From: Truepera sp.
Lineage (GTDB): Bacteria; Deinococcota; Deinococci; Deinococcales; Trueperaceae
Assembly: GCA_965218435.1 (NCBI GenBank)
Contig: CBDCKW010000009.1
Span: 2,944,001-3,008,000 of the forward strand
Length of the DNA: 64,000 nucleotides
Direction: 5' to 3'
Shown: positions 21,080 to 32,257 of the stretch, in pieces
How the letters are laid out: each line of letters opens with the position of its first letter
Numbering within the stretch: the first letter of the stretch is position 1
Position numbers and translations under genes: made by a program
Notes under the pieces: generated by a model
Databases searched by the model: none
Told to the model about the DNA's origin: nothing
The model's input: the letters and a program-made list of their open reading frames with translations, nothing else

Positions 21080-21775
21080 CTATGCTCTTCCTAAAAATTT
21101 TGCCGGTTTCTTGCCACCAAACCAAAAGGGTGTGATGTCCTCGATTTTAGACGGAAATCTTTCGTGTCCAATAGGTGTGGCAAAAAGTTTTGTTTCAACC
21201 ATGCCGAAGTATCTAATCTGTGACTCCTCAATGTTTTGTCCTACATAATGCACGTTGTGAACTGCATCAAGTAAACCGTGCCGCCACAACGCACGCGTAA
21301 ATGTGGGCAAGCTCGAGATAACCTGCTGTAGGGCACACACAATCAACGCAGCTTCATCCAGTGTTGCCAAACTGTATTTCTTGATTCGGTTGTGCTTAAT
21401 GTGGTTGTAGTTTGTCCACCATTTTCTTTCCACATAGTTTCCGGTTTTAGCACTTGTCCAGCCTTCAAATGGCGTGAGGTACCGAGGTGGGTGTTGAAAT
21501 AATAGAGATTTGACTTGGGAGAGATTACACCGTTCCTCGAAATGACAAGCGAAATTCTCAATATTGAGTTTGTTCTTACCCGTAGACGAAGCTAAAAATT
21601 CCTCCCGGAAGATAGTGTCAATTAGGCTTCCAGCCTCTACTATAAGAGGCGCAAGTAAGGGCAGATGGATGTTCTGATTTGCGTAAGAAAGCGGGATTGT
21701 TTTCAAAAATGTTTCTAGTTGAGCCTCTAAGCTTTGATACCAGACGATAATCTGCTCCGCCTCTAAGTCAGTCAT
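21080..21775 (-). CDS. AT-rich hypothetical protein with a WWxxYNxxKHxR motif
   Basis: 231-aa ORF; KWWTNYNHIKHNR; TAGTGT 7 nt before ATG. Confidence 0.7.
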   Translation of the reverse strand: MTDLEAEQIIVWYQSLEAQLETFLKTIPLSYANQNIHLPLLAPLIVEAGSLIDTIFREEFLASSTGKNKLNIENFACHFEERCNLSQVKSLLFQHPPRYLTPFEGWTSAKTGNYVERKWWTNYNHIKHNRIKKYSLATLDEAALIVCALQQVISSLPTFTRALWRHGLLDAVHNVHYVGQNIEESQIRYFGMVETKLFATPIGHERFPSKIEDITPFWFGGKKPAKFLGRA

Positions 21776-21879
21776 AGTGGCAACACTAGCAGCTTTTTTC
21801 TGCTATCCGCTCGCTATTATTGAGTCACAAAAAAGGCTCGAGTGTTTGGCTCGAGCCTCTCTTCTACTTAAAACTTAAA

Positions 21880-22161
21880 TTATTCTTTAGCTCTGTCTTT
21901 CGCCCGCTCTTCGTGAAACTCCGCTTTGCTGTCGTGCCCTTCAGCTTCAGCACGGTCAACCCCGCCGGAGATTTTGTGTCCGGCTTTTTCAAATACGTTG
22001 TCCGAGTTTTCCGCTTTGGCGTCTTGGACGTTCGCATCGGTGCGGTTACCCGCTTCTTTACGCTTTTCGTCCGCGCTGGAAAACGCGTCCTGGGCAACAT
22101 CTTTGGCTTTGTCTACAGCTCCGCCGACACGCTCACCAAAGCTTTTATCGTTATCACTCAT
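21880..22161 (-). CDS. Small hydrophilic stress/LEA-like protein
   Basis: D/E/K/A-rich MSDNDKSFGERVGGAVDKAKD...; GGAGG SD; hairpin plus T run at 21829-21858. Confidence 0.7.
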   Translation of the reverse strand: MSDNDKSFGERVGGAVDKAKDVAQDAFSSADEKRKEAGNRTDANVQDAKAENSDNVFEKAGHKISGGVDRAEAEGHDSKAEFHEERAKDRAKE

Positions 22162-22247
22162 GATTGTGACCTCCGACACTAGAGTAAGCCCGCAAGAGGC
22201 TCGAGATTGTGGGTCAGCAGCTGTTTACAGCCAAAAGCAAACCGGGC

Positions 22248-24416
22248 TCAGGTTGGAGACTCGAGCCTTTGCCCCTCCAAAACACAGCGCAAAATACCGT
22301 AATCGTAGCGGCCTTCAAACCGTTCAAACAGAGGTTTAAGTCTGCTCTGCTCTTCTTCGCTCAAGGTCTGGTGCATAGCCACAATCTCGTCAATCTCCCT
22401 ATCAGACAAACCGGTGGCTTGGGTAACGCTTACGCTGCCCGCTGCCACCAACGCGGCGCAGTGTTGCAAAATGGTTGATACGGCTAATTCACGCGTTTTA
22501 GCCACCGCTTCCGGCGTCAGACCTTGGTGGATGAGTTTATGGGTCTCGAGATACGTCGCGCTCAAGTGTGAGACGGGTTGCTCGGTAAGCACCGCTAAAA
22601 ATTGCTGACCGTACCGCTCGAGTTTTACTTCGCCCACCCCCGGCACCCGCCGCAGCTCAGCGAGTGAACGCGGCCTCAGCTCAGCCATTTTGACCAGCGT
22701 CTTGTTGTCGAAAACGACGTAGGCCGGAACCTCTTGCTCTTTGGCGATGGTCGCCCGGAGCGTCCTTAACGCCTCAAAAAGTGACGCCTCTCCCCCATTT
22801 AGAATTGAACCGGGAGCTGCAACCCTACCTTTCGGCGCATTCTTGACAGCCTTTTGCGGCGTCGGGTCGTGCCGGAATTGCACTGTTTCCTGACCTTTTA
22901 AGACGGGCGTGCTGCGCGGTGAAAGTTTGAGCGTGCCGTAACCGTCGGGGTCGGTCATCAGGTAACCGCCCGCGACGAGCTGCCGCAGCACGCCGCGCCA
23001 CGCACGTTCGGTGTGTTCCGTGCCGATGCCGTAAGTGCTCAAACTCTGATGCCCCAGAGACTTGACTCTGGGCGTCTCTTTGCCCAGCAGTACGTCAATC
23101 ACATGTCCTGCGCCAAACCGTTGCCCGGTACGCACCACTGTCGAGAGGGCCTTTTGCGCCGCAACCGTGCCGTCCCAGGTATCCACAGGAGTGAGGCAGG
23201 TGTCGCAGTTGCCGCACGGCTCGGCTAGAGTTTCGCCGAAATAGGCGAGCAAGACTTGACGGCGGCATCCCGCCGATTCGCAGTAACCGAGGAGAGCTTC
23301 CAACTTCCCCGCTTCAACCCGTTTGACCGCTTCGGGCGCGGCCCCACCCGCGAGCATCCGCCGGAGCGAGACGACATCTTCTAAACCGTAGGTCATAAAG
23401 GCGTCGGCAGCTTCCCCGTCGCGGCCCGCGCGTCCGGTCTCTTGGTAATAACTCTCGAGGCTTTTGGGCAGATCTAGATGTGCGACAAAGCGCACATCGG
23501 GTTTGTCAATCCCCATGCCAAAGGCAATCGTCGCAACCATGACTAGGCCGTCTTCACGCAAAAACCGCGCCTGATGCCGCTGTCTTATGGCGGCGGCAAG
23601 TCCCGCATGGTACGGCAGCGCGTTCACCCCTTGCTTCGTGAGCCAGCTCGCCGTCTCATCTACACTTTTACGCGACAAACAGTAAACGATCCCCGCGTCG
23701 CCTTCGTGACCATCACGGTAAAACGTCAACAGTTGCTGTTTGGCCCCCTGCTTTGGGACGACCGTATAACGGATGTTGGGCCGGTCAAACGAGGAGACGA
23801 ACTGTTGCGCCCTCCCTAAGCTGAGGCGTTCGACCATCTCGCGCCGGGTGGCGTCGTCGGCGGTCGCCGTAAGCGCAATTCTCGGCACCTCGGGAAAACG
23901 CTCGGCCAAGAGCGACAAGCCGATGTATTCAGGCCGAAAGTCGTGGCCCCACTGGGAGACGCAGTGCGCTTCATCAATGGCAAACAGGGCGACGCAGCTC
24001 CGAGTAAGCAGGTCTAAAAAACGCGGTGTGAGGAGGCGTTCGGGCGCGACATAGAGAAGGTCTAGGTCACCGGAAAGCAGGTCGCGCTCGACCTTAAAAG
24101 CATCTTGCGGGGTGAGGCTCGAGTTCAAAAAAGCAGCCTTGACGCCGAGTTGCAAGAGCGCGTCTACCTGGTCTTGCATCAGCGCAATTAAGGGCGACAC
24201 GACGATGCCGACGCCAGGACGGAGCATGGCCGGAAGCTGATAGCAGAGCGATTTGCCGCCGCCGGTCGGCATCAACACGAGCGCGTCACCGCCGCCCAGC
24301 ACCTGTTCAATGATGGCGGCCTGTGCGCCCCGAAACTCGCCGTAGCCGAAGGTTTTTTGGAGCACCGCTTGGGCGCGCGTCATCGTCGCAGAACCGCTTA
24401 TCATCTTGGTGTCCAA
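22248..24416 (-). CDS. recQ: DNA helicase RecQ with RQC, HRDC and C-terminal HTH domains
   Basis: [56 protein letters not shown]. Confidence 0.96.
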   Translation of the reverse strand: MDTKMISGSATMTRAQAVLQKTFGYGEFRGAQAAIIEQVLGGGDALVLMPTGGGKSLCYQLPAMLRPGVGIVVSPLIALMQDQVDALLQLGVKAAFLNSSLTPQDAFKVERDLLSGDLDLLYVAPERLLTPRFLDLLTRSCVALFAIDEAHCVSQWGHDFRPEYIGLSLLAERFPEVPRIALTATADDATRREMVERLSLGRAQQFVSSFDRPNIRYTVVPKQGAKQQLLTFYRDGHEGDAGIVYCLSRKSVDETASWLTKQGVNALPYHAGLAAAIRQRHQARFLREDGLVMVATIAFGMGIDKPDVRFVAHLDLPKSLESYYQETGRAGRDGEAADAFMTYGLEDVVSLRRMLAGGAAPEAVKRVEAGKLEALLGYCESAGCRRQVLLAYFGETLAEPCGNCDTCLTPVDTWDGTVAAQKALSTVVRTGQRFGAGHVIDVLLGKETPRVKSLGHQSLSTYGIGTEHTERAWRGVLRQLVAGGYLMTDPDGYGTLKLSPRSTPVLKGQETVQFRHDPTPQKAVKNAPKGRVAAPGSILNGGEASLFEALRTLRATIAKEQEVPAYVVFDNKTLVKMAELRPRSLAELRRVPGVGEVKLERYGQQFLAVLTEQPVSHLSATYLETHKLIHQGLTPEAVAKTRELAVSTILQHCAALVAAGSVSVTQATGLSDREIDEIVAMHQTLSEEEQSRLKPLFERFEGRYDYGILRCVLEGQRLESPT

Positions 24417-24500
24417 TTCGCTAGCATGGGCTCTACAGGTGTATTAGGCGGCGGTCTCAGCATCAGCCACTAAGTTTACCGCGTAGGTTGTGCTCAGGGC

Positions 24501-25523
24501 TTAACCGAGAACTTTTACGGACTGCCCGACCCAGGTTACCGACGACGACAAGACAAGCCGTTCGGCGGGCTTTTCGGCCCCCCTTATCCGGCTCAGCAGA
24601 AGCTCTGCGGCTTGCTGACCGATGTCATAGGCCGGTTGCGTCACGCTCAAGATTCGGGGCAAGTTGGGCAGCCACTCGAGCGCGTCAAACGCTGCGAGCG
24701 CCACGGTTTCGGGAATCGCAAGGTTATGCTCAAAGAGGTAACGCAGCGCCCCGAGCGTCAGCAGTTTCGAGCCGGTAAAGAGCGCCGTGGGCGGTTCGGG
24801 ACGCTCGAGCAAAGCTTGCGTCAGCCGGTACCCTTCAGCCTCAACGGGTTTGCCGAAGACGGCCAGCTCAGGCTGAAACATTATGTTTGCACCCTTTAGG
24901 GCTTGCCGGTAACCCGCAAAACGCTGTTGTCCGGTGGAGATAGACAAGTCGGATAAAATTGCGCCGATCCGCGTATGCCCCTCACCAAGAAGTTGAGACA
25001 CGGCGACTCTCGAGGCTTCTTGGTTATCTGAAACCACCGTGTCTACCCCCAGCCCCTGAACCTCACGGTCAATGACGACGAGCGGAATGCCAATCTGTAA
25101 GAACGTCCGGTACGCCTCAGCTTCGGCGTGCGCCGGGGTCAAGATCACGCCCGCTACTTGTTCGTCGAAAAGGAGCTCGAGGTAGAGCGCCTCACGCTCG
25201 CTATTTTCGTCGGTGTTACATAAAAAGACGGCGAACCCGTGCGGCAGCGCGGCGTCTTCAACCGCGCGGACGACCTGGTTAAAAAAAGGATTTTGAATGT
25301 CGGACACGACCAAACCGATAACCCGCGACCGCTGCACCCGCAAAGAACGGGCGATACGGTTGGGCCGGTAGTGAAGCGCCTGAGCCGCCCCCAGCACCCG
25401 CGCCCGCACCGCCGCGCTCACATAGGGTTTGCCCGCGAGCACTCTCGAGACCGTCGCCGCCGAGACGCCCGCCCGCTCCGCTACATCTTTGATGCGGCTG
25501 ACGCCCCCTCGTTTTTCGGCCAT
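24501..25523 (-). CDS. LacI-family regulator
   Basis: IKDVAERAGVSAATVSRVL. Confidence 0.93.
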   Translation of the reverse strand: MAEKRGGVSRIKDVAERAGVSAATVSRVLAGKPYVSAAVRARVLGAAQALHYRPNRIARSLRVQRSRVIGLVVSDIQNPFFNQVVRAVEDAALPHGFAVFLCNTDENSEREALYLELLFDEQVAGVILTPAHAEAEAYRTFLQIGIPLVVIDREVQGLGVDTVVSDNQEASRVAVSQLLGEGHTRIGAILSDLSISTGQQRFAGYRQALKGANIMFQPELAVFGKPVEAEGYRLTQALLERPEPPTALFTGSKLLTLGALRYLFEHNLAIPETVALAAFDALEWLPNLPRILSVTQPAYDIGQQAAELLLSRIRGAEKPAERLVLSSSVTWVGQSVKVLG

Positions 25524-25530
25524 GGGTGAC

Positions 25531-25631
25531 TGTAATCGATTTTAAGCGCCTATGCAAACACTGCCCCGCCGCAAACCTTGACAAACGCCACCTTTGGGAC
25601 TACGCTCAGCTGAGAACTGCAATCGATTACA
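25531..25631. promoter_or_regulatory. Divergent promoter region with two LacI-type operators
   Basis: TGTAATCGATTTTA (25531-25544) and TGCAATCGATTACA (25618-25631); TTGACA-17-TACGCT at 25578-25606. Confidence 0.75.
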
Positions 25632-25729
25632 AGGAGGTGACCTGCGACGCGTGACGTGCGCTGCACCCGACGAACCCTATGTTGGCACTTTGCCGACGCC
25701 CGTACTTAGCCAACTTTCAGGAGGCACCG

Positions 25730-26743
25730 ATGAACATCGCTAAAACCGCCCGCCGCTCCGCCGCTGCACTTTTGCTGGGCGCTTCGCTTTTTGCCGGTAC
25801 CGCGTTAGCCCAAGACAAGCCCATCGTTGGACTGATTACCAAGACCGAAACCAACCCGTTTTTTGTCAAGATGCGTGAGGGTGCGCAGGCCAAGGCCAAC
25901 GAGTTGGGCTTGCAACTGCTGACCGCAGCCGGCTCGTTTGACGGTGACAACGAGGCGCAAGTAACCGCGATTGAAAACATGGTCAACGCGGGCGCAAAGG
26001 GTATCTTGCTTGTCCCGAGCGACTCGAGCGCCATCGTTCCGTCGGTGCAGCGCGCCCGCGACCAGGGCGTCGTGGTGATCGCCCTCGACACGCCGCTTAA
26101 CCCCCAAGATGCCAGCGACGCCCTTTTTGCCACCGACAACTTTAAGGCCGGTCAGCTGATCGGCGAGTACGCCAAAGCCGTGATGGGTGACACCACGCCG
26201 GTCGTCGCCACGTTGGACCTCAACCCCGGTATTACCGTCGGAACCCTCCGGCACAACGGCTTTATGGCGGGTTACGGCCTCGCCGATGTGGGCGCTGACG
26301 CCCCCGATCAGGTCAACAGCCCCGAAGTCGTTTGTAGCCAAGATACGCAGGGCGACCAGACCAAAGGTCAAACGGCGATGGAAAACTGTCTAACCTCAAA
26401 CCCGGACATCAATTTGGTCTACACCATCAACGAACCCGCCGCGTTCGGCGCAGCGACTGCGATTCGTAACGCCGGACTCGCCGACCAGGTTACGGTCGTC
26501 TCGGTTGACGGCGGCTGCGCGGGTGTCCGCGGCGTCCAGGGCGGCCAGATTGCCGCGACCTCGCAGCAGTATCCGCTCAAAATGGCCTCTTTAGGGGTCG
26601 AAGCGATCGCCGAATTCGTCAAGTCAGGCACTAAACCTTCAGGCTACACCGATACCGGTGTCACGCTGATTACCGATAACGCCGTAGACGGCGTAGACAG
26701 CCAAGATACGGCGTACGGGCTCGAGAACTGCTGGGGCGAGTAG
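25730..26743 (+). CDS. Sugar (fructose/ribose-type, FrcB-like) ABC substrate-binding protein
   Basis: Signal peptide, LITKTETNPFFVKM, YTINEP, ATSQQYP, terminal CWG. Confidence 0.9.
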   Translation: MNIAKTARRSAAALLLGASLFAGTALAQDKPIVGLITKTETNPFFVKMREGAQAKANELGLQLLTAAGSFDGDNEAQVTAIENMVNAGAKGILLVPSDSSAIVPSVQRARDQGVVVIALDTPLNPQDASDALFATDNFKAGQLIGEYAKAVMGDTTPVVATLDLNPGITVGTLRHNGFMAGYGLADVGADAPDQVNSPEVVCSQDTQGDQTKGQTAMENCLTSNPDINLVYTINEPAAFGAATAIRNAGLADQVTVVSVDGGCAGVRGVQGGQIAATSQQYPLKMASLGVEAIAEFVKSGTKPSGYTDTGVTLITDNAVDGVDSQDTAYGLENCWGE

Positions 26744-26843
26744 CCTAAAACGTCCTCTAAGCTTTCGGTTTAGACGTAAATGTTTAGATAAACGTAGATG
26801 TTTAGATAGACGTGGGTATTTAGATATAGGTGTTTAGACGTGA

Positions 26844-26869
26844 GTGCAGCGGACTTTGCTCCGCTGCAC
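26844..26869 (+). other. Intergenic stem-loop between the binding-protein and permease genes
   Basis: GTGCAGCGGA-CTTTGC-TCCGCTGCAC. Confidence 0.6.
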
Positions 26870-26895
26870 AGCTTTAACACTATTTGAGGGGGACT

Positions 26896-27876
26896 ATGAC
26901 TGCTGCTTCCGGACAGAGTACGTCGCGCCGTGTGGTCGGCTTTTTAACCGCGCCCGCCGTCAGCCCGCTGATCGCGCTGATCATTGCCGTAATCATCTTT
27001 GCCACCCAATCCGACCGCTTTTTAACGGGTCGGAACTTTTCGCTGATCGTGCAGCAAGTCATGGTCGTCGGTACCCTCGCCATCGGGCAAACGCTGATTA
27101 TTTTAACGGCCGGGATTGACCTCTCGAACGGCCTGATCAGCGCCCTCGGCGGCGTCGTGATGACCAAAATTGCCGTAGCCAACGGTGTCAACCCTATTTT
27201 AGCGATTTTGGTAGGTATCCTCGTTTGTACGTTGTTCGGAGCCCTTAACGGTCTCTTAATTACCCGCCTCCGCCTGCCGCCCTTTATCGTGACGCTGGGA
27301 ACGCTTAATATCGCCTTTGCGCTGGTGCGTATCTACTCGACGCAGACGATTACCGGCCTCCCCAGAGTGCAGACTGCGCTCGGCAACACCTTTATCGTCG
27401 GCGGCACCGCGATCTCTTACGGCTCGATTTTAGTTTTTGCGCTCTACTTGGTGGTCTGGTACATGCTGCAAAATACCGCCTTCGGACGGCATATCTACGC
27501 AGTCGGTGACGACCCCGAGGCGGCGCGGCTGACCGGCATTCCGGTCAACCGGGTGCTGCTCGCAGTCTATACGCTGGCCGGAGTGACCTACGGGATTGCG
27601 GCGCTCATGCTGATTGCGCGTACCGGCGTCGGTGACCCGCAAGCCGGTCAAGACGCGAACTTAGAGAGCATCACGGCTGTCGTACTAGGCGGTACGAGTC
27701 TCTTCGGCGGACGCGGCAACATCATGGGGACGCTGCTCGGCGTTCTCATCGTCGGGGTCTTTCGGAACGGCTTGCAGCTGACCGGGGTACCGTCCATCTA
27801 TCAAGTTTTAATTACCGGGATTTTGGTGATCTTGGCGGTGGCGGTGGATCAGGTCTCGAGGAGGACGCGTTCATGA
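26896..27876 (+). CDS. Sugar ABC permease
   Basis: GQTLIILTAGIDLS, PPFIVTLG, FGRHIYAVG, VVLGGTSLFGGRG. Confidence 0.92.
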   Translation: MTAASGQSTSRRVVGFLTAPAVSPLIALIIAVIIFATQSDRFLTGRNFSLIVQQVMVVGTLAIGQTLIILTAGIDLSNGLISALGGVVMTKIAVANGVNPILAILVGILVCTLFGALNGLLITRLRLPPFIVTLGTLNIAFALVRIYSTQTITGLPRVQTALGNTFIVGGTAISYGSILVFALYLVVWYMLQNTAFGRHIYAVGDDPEAARLTGIPVNRVLLAVYTLAGVTYGIAALMLIARTGVGDPQAGQDANLESITAVVLGGTSLFGGRGNIMGTLLGVLIVGVFRNGLQLTGVPSIYQVLITGILVILAVAVDQVSRRTRS

Positions 27877-28691
27877 GCCGAGTCAGCGTGACAGAGACGC
27901 AGCAAAGCGTTCCGGGCAACAGCCAAACACCGGTCTTAGAAGCTAGGGGGCTCGTTAAACATTACGGTCAGGTCGTCGCCATGGACGGGGCCGACTTCGA
28001 CCTCTACCCCGGTGAGATTTTAGCCGTTATTGGGGATAACGGGGCGGGCAAATCCACGCTGATCAAGGCGCTTTCGGGGGCGGTCGTGCCCGACTCGGGC
28101 AAGATATTTTTGAACGGCAACGAGGTTAAGCTCCGCACACCCCTCGACGCGCGGGGGTATGGCATCGAAACGGTCCACCAGTCGCTCGCCGTCGCCCCGG
28201 CCTTAAATATCGTAGACAACATGTTTATGGGTCGTGAAATCCGCAAGGGCGGCTTTATGGGCAAGTATTTGCGGATGCTCGACAAAAAGAAGATGCTAGA
28301 GGACGCCACGGTCTACATGCAAGACCTCGAGTTCCGTATCCAGTCTATGAAGCAGCCTGTTGAAACGCTCTCAGGTGGACAACGCCAAGGGGTCGCTGTG
28401 GCACGGGCCGCCGCGTTTGCCCAAAACGTCATCATCTTAGACGAACCGACCGCAGCTTTGGGCGTAAAAGAATCGGGGATGGTCTTAGAGCTGATTCAAA
28501 AGGTACGAGAGCGCGGTTTACCGGTCATTCTAATCAGCCACAATATGCCGCACGTCTTTGAAATCGCCGACCGAATTCATGTGCACCGGATGGGCAAACG
28601 TACGGCGATTGTAAAGCCGAATGATTACAGCATGTCAGACGTCGTAGCGATTATGACGGGGGCGCTCGAGGTCAATCAAGAGAAGAATTAA
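27873..28691 (+). CDS. Sugar ABC ATPase
   Basis: GDNGAGKS, LSGGQRQ, LDEPTAALG. Confidence 0.93.
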   Translation: MSRVSVTETQQSVPGNSQTPVLEARGLVKHYGQVVAMDGADFDLYPGEILAVIGDNGAGKSTLIKALSGAVVPDSGKIFLNGNEVKLRTPLDARGYGIETVHQSLAVAPALNIVDNMFMGREIRKGGFMGKYLRMLDKKKMLEDATVYMQDLEFRIQSMKQPVETLSGGQRQGVAVARAAAFAQNVIILDEPTAALGVKESGMVLELIQKVRERGLPVILISHNMPHVFEIADRIHVHRMGKRTAIVKPNDYSMSDVVAIMTGALEVNQEKN

Positions 28692-29078
28692 ACCTTGGGT
28701 TCGGGGGTGCGTCGGCTACACACTATGGGTGGCTGGCGCACTTTTTTGGTCTCGAGTAGCTGGTGCAGCCTCGAGGCAGAGACCGCTGGCGTTAGGGCTG
28801 TTACAAGCCTCGAGACGCGTCATCGTTCCGCGGAGGATGCGCGGGTCGGTGGCAAACTCGACGGCGCAGACGTAACCAAAGGCTGCGTGCAGGTACCTAG
28901 CGATAGCAGACAGGCAGCTTAAACCGAAACACGGCATTCTCCAGAGCAGTCGTGATTAACTGTTAGCGCAGCCTCTATAAAGCTCTACCGACGCTTAACT
29001 TACAGAGCTAGAAACGCCTGAGCAAGCGGCGTACCTGCTCGGGCGTTTCCCCAAACCTAAAGTTATGATGGTGTCAGC

Positions 29079-30293
29079 TTAAGCAAACACATCCGCGACG
29101 TAGCGAGTGCTGGTGCGCTCGAGTTCATCCGCCCAACTATTCGCCGCTTCAAAACTCACCCCAGCCGCCTCCTGATAGATACGCACGAAGGTTTCGCGCA
29201 CCGCCGGGGCCATCCGTTTGCCGTCGCCGCAGACATAGATGTGCGCGTTTTGCCGAAAGAGCTGCTCCACCTCTTTGCGGTCTTGCCAGAGCCGGTCTTG
29301 CACGTATTTGGCCTCGGCTTCGGGCTGGTGCGAAAACGCTGGATACACGCGGACGACACCCTCAGCTTCCCAAGCCTTCAGCTCCTCTTGGTACAAGAAG
29401 TCCATGTCAGGGGCGTCACAGCCGAAAAAGAGGAGCGCAGGGCCGACCGCTTGCCCGTGTTCTTTTTGCAGGGCGCGTTCTTGTAAAAAGCCGTGAAACG
29501 GCGCGACGCCGGTACCGGCGCACGCCATAATGATAGGCGTTTCAGGTGAGGCGGGCGGGTGAAAGGCGACGTTCGGGGGCCTAACCGCGACAGGGATACG
29601 GGTACCGGGTTCGGCGTGCGCGAGAAAGCTCGAGGCGACCCCGACATAACGCCCTTGCCCCGACGCGGCGGGGGCGTCTAAGACTGAAAACGTCAGGGTG
29701 CAGTGGTCGGCTTTCCACAAGGGTGACGACGAGATGGAGTACTGCCGTGCGCGAAGGGGCGGGAGCATGGCGAGAAAGTCGGCGAAGGTCAGTTCACACG
29801 CTTGGAAACGCTCGAGCAACTCGAGCACACTCACCCGCTTAGCCAAAACCTCGGCGTCATAGTCTTTAGCGAGGGCTTCCAACTCATGTTTTTCCGGCGG
29901 GCAGCGCGTTGCGTCCGCCAGTGCCTCGACTTGCTTTTGGGTCGCGGGTTGCGCCAACTCGACGTAATTCGCCAACAGGTCACCGACGCTTACCTGGTAG
30001 CCGGTCGGCAATGAGGTCAGGCCGCTCGAGCGAATCACCATCCGGTCGTCTACTGCAAACGAGAAACGCCGCAACGCCCGCTCGACGTTTTGCGGCGGAT
30101 TGGTCGGCAACACCGCCAGGTAGTCGCCGGTGCGGTACGTCATGCCTTCAGGGAGTTTGATCTCCACGTGCCGCTTGGAACGACCCAAGGGTGAGGCCAT
30201 ATTGACCAACTCGCGGTTTTCGACGACTTCGCCGAGCTGCAACTCGTTTTGCCGTAAAACGCCCTGACGTGTGCCCCGGACGAGCTCGCCCAA
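29079..30293 (-). pseudogene. 5'-truncated FAD/NADPH reductase domain of a CYP102-like bifunctional P450 reductase
   Basis: YRTGDYLAVLP, RQYSISSSP, GTGVAPFHGFLQER, YVCGDG, RYVADVF; heme and FMN domains absent; no clear SD. Confidence 0.7.
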
Positions 30294-30581
30294 AAAACGC
30301 CTGAGACCTACCCAGTTTTGCTGAATTTGCCTGCGCCACCTGACTCGGAAGACGAAAACTTCGAGATAGCTTTGGGGCTGTTAGTCGCTGGGATTGAAGG
30401 TCTGACGCTACGCCCTAACTGAGTTTTGTTGACCTTCCGAGTCCAGCTAGAGGTGTTTGCAGTATTTCCTCTGAAAGAAATTAGCATCCAGAATTAAGAA
30501 ACGCTGGCTCCTTAGTCGAACCAGCGTTTCTTAAGCGTTTAAGGCATAAGGTCAATACGACCCAGCTTTACGCAAACCCGG

Positions 30582-31940
30582 CTACGCCAACCAACCGGCG
30601 AACGTCTGCACCAATAAGTAGCCGTTTAAGACGACGATGATTCCAGTGACGATCCAGGCCAGCGTTACGAGCCACGGTTTGTTGACAAACCGTCCCATCT
30701 TGGCTTTAGAGTTGGTAAACATCACGAGCGGAATCACGGCAAACGAGAGCTGCAGCGATAAGATCACCTGGCTGAGGATCAGCAGGTCGTTCGCGCCTCT
30801 AGCTCCGTAGAGTCCGGCAACAATGGCGGCCGGCACGATGGCAATGGCTCTTGTAATCAGCCGCCTGAGCCACGGAGCCAGCCGGATGTTCAAAAAACCT
30901 TCCATGACAATCTGTCCGGCCAACGTCCCGGTCAGGGTCGAGTTTTGCCCTGACGCGAGGAGCGCCACGGCAAAGAGCGTACTGGCGAGACCTGCGCCGA
31001 GCACCGGCGTCAAGAGTTTGTACGCATCTTCGATCTCAGCAACGTTCGCGTACTGGGTCCCGTGAAAGGTGGCAGCGGCGAGGATCAAAATTGCAGCGTT
31101 GATGAAAAAAGCGAACAGCAAAGAGACGGTTGAATCAATCGTCGCAAAACGGATTGCCGAACCTTTGTCTTCATGTTTTTTCCCGATTGCCCGCGTTTGC
31201 ACGATGCTCGAGTGCAGATACAGATTGTGCGGCATCACGGTTGCGCCTAAAATCCCGATGGCGATATAGAGCGCACTCGGGTTGACGACGATTTCAGGTC
31301 TAGGCAGGAGTCCCCCCAATATTCCCGGTATAGACGGATGCGAGACGATGAGTTCGTAGAGAAAAGAGAGTCCGATGACGCCGATGAGCGCCCCGACAAT
31401 GGCCTCGATGTAGCGAAAGCCTCGGTGTTGTAAAAATAAGATCAGCAGTACGTCAATCGCGGTGAGCAGCACCCCGATCACCAGCGGCAACCCAAAAAGC
31501 AGGTTGAGCGCAATCGCTGAACCGATAACCTCAGCGAGGTCGCACGCGGCAATGGCGATTTCACATAAAATCCAGAGGACAAAAGATACCGGGCGCGAAT
31601 AGTTGTCACGGCACGCCTGCGCCAGATCGCGGCCCGAGACGATACCGAGCTTGAGCGATAAGTGCTGCAATAAAATTGCCATAAAGTTTGAGATTAAGAC
31701 GACCGATAGGAGCAAATAACCGAACTGTGCGCCACCTGCTAGATCAGTAGCCCAGTTGCCGGGGTCCATATAACCGACGGCAACGAGTAACCCCGGTCCA
31801 GCAAAGGCGAGCAGTTTACGCCAGAAACCTGCCCCTTCAGGAACCCGGATGCTGCCGAAGACTTCGGGGAGAGAGGCCCGTTCGCTTTCTTTGCGCCAGC
31901 CGCCCTTAACCCTTGGCTCGGAAGACTTTACATTCGACAT
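30582..31940 (-). CDS. mntH: Nramp-family Mn2+ transporter
   Basis: [36 protein letters not shown]. Confidence 0.96.
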   Translation of the reverse strand: MSNVKSSEPRVKGGWRKESERASLPEVFGSIRVPEGAGFWRKLLAFAGPGLLVAVGYMDPGNWATDLAGGAQFGYLLLSVVLISNFMAILLQHLSLKLGIVSGRDLAQACRDNYSRPVSFVLWILCEIAIAACDLAEVIGSAIALNLLFGLPLVIGVLLTAIDVLLILFLQHRGFRYIEAIVGALIGVIGLSFLYELIVSHPSIPGILGGLLPRPEIVVNPSALYIAIGILGATVMPHNLYLHSSIVQTRAIGKKHEDKGSAIRFATIDSTVSLLFAFFINAAILILAAATFHGTQYANVAEIEDAYKLLTPVLGAGLASTLFAVALLASGQNSTLTGTLAGQIVMEGFLNIRLAPWLRRLITRAIAIVPAAIVAGLYGARGANDLLILSQVILSLQLSFAVIPLVMFTNSKAKMGRFVNKPWLVTLAWIVTGIIVVLNGYLLVQTFAGWLA

Positions 31941-31979
31941 GTGGACTCACTCACTTACAACAGGTTGGATTGAGCAAGG

Positions 31980-31995
31980 TTTAGGCTTGCCTAAA
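31980..31995. promoter_or_regulatory. DtxR/MntR-type operator upstream of mntH
   Basis: Palindrome TTTAGGC-TT-GCCTAAA. Confidence 0.7.
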
Positions 31996-32257
31996 GACAA
32001 TCGTAAGCCTTACAGAAGTCTCTGTCAACCGCTATGCCGACTTTTACTCGCATCCGTGCGTATGTGTAATTTGCAACTGCTACAGACCTAGGACCTGACC
32101 GAAAAGCCCACAGGTTATCTTGCGGTGGCTACAGAAAAGCCCGGAACCGGAACGTAAAGCGTCCTCGAGCACCTTGACCTTATACTGTCTGGGAAAGTGT
32201 AAACCACATTTCTACGGTTCTTAACCAAGCATCCCTGCCTTAATGCTATAGTTAGGC

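Noticed and set aside
24417..24500. Radiation/desiccation response motif (RDRM) upstream of recQ
   Set aside because: No convincing 17-bp palindrome seen
28692..28937. Overlapping 73-75 aa ORFs after the sugar ATPase
   Set aside because: No SD or motif; cannot be supported as genes
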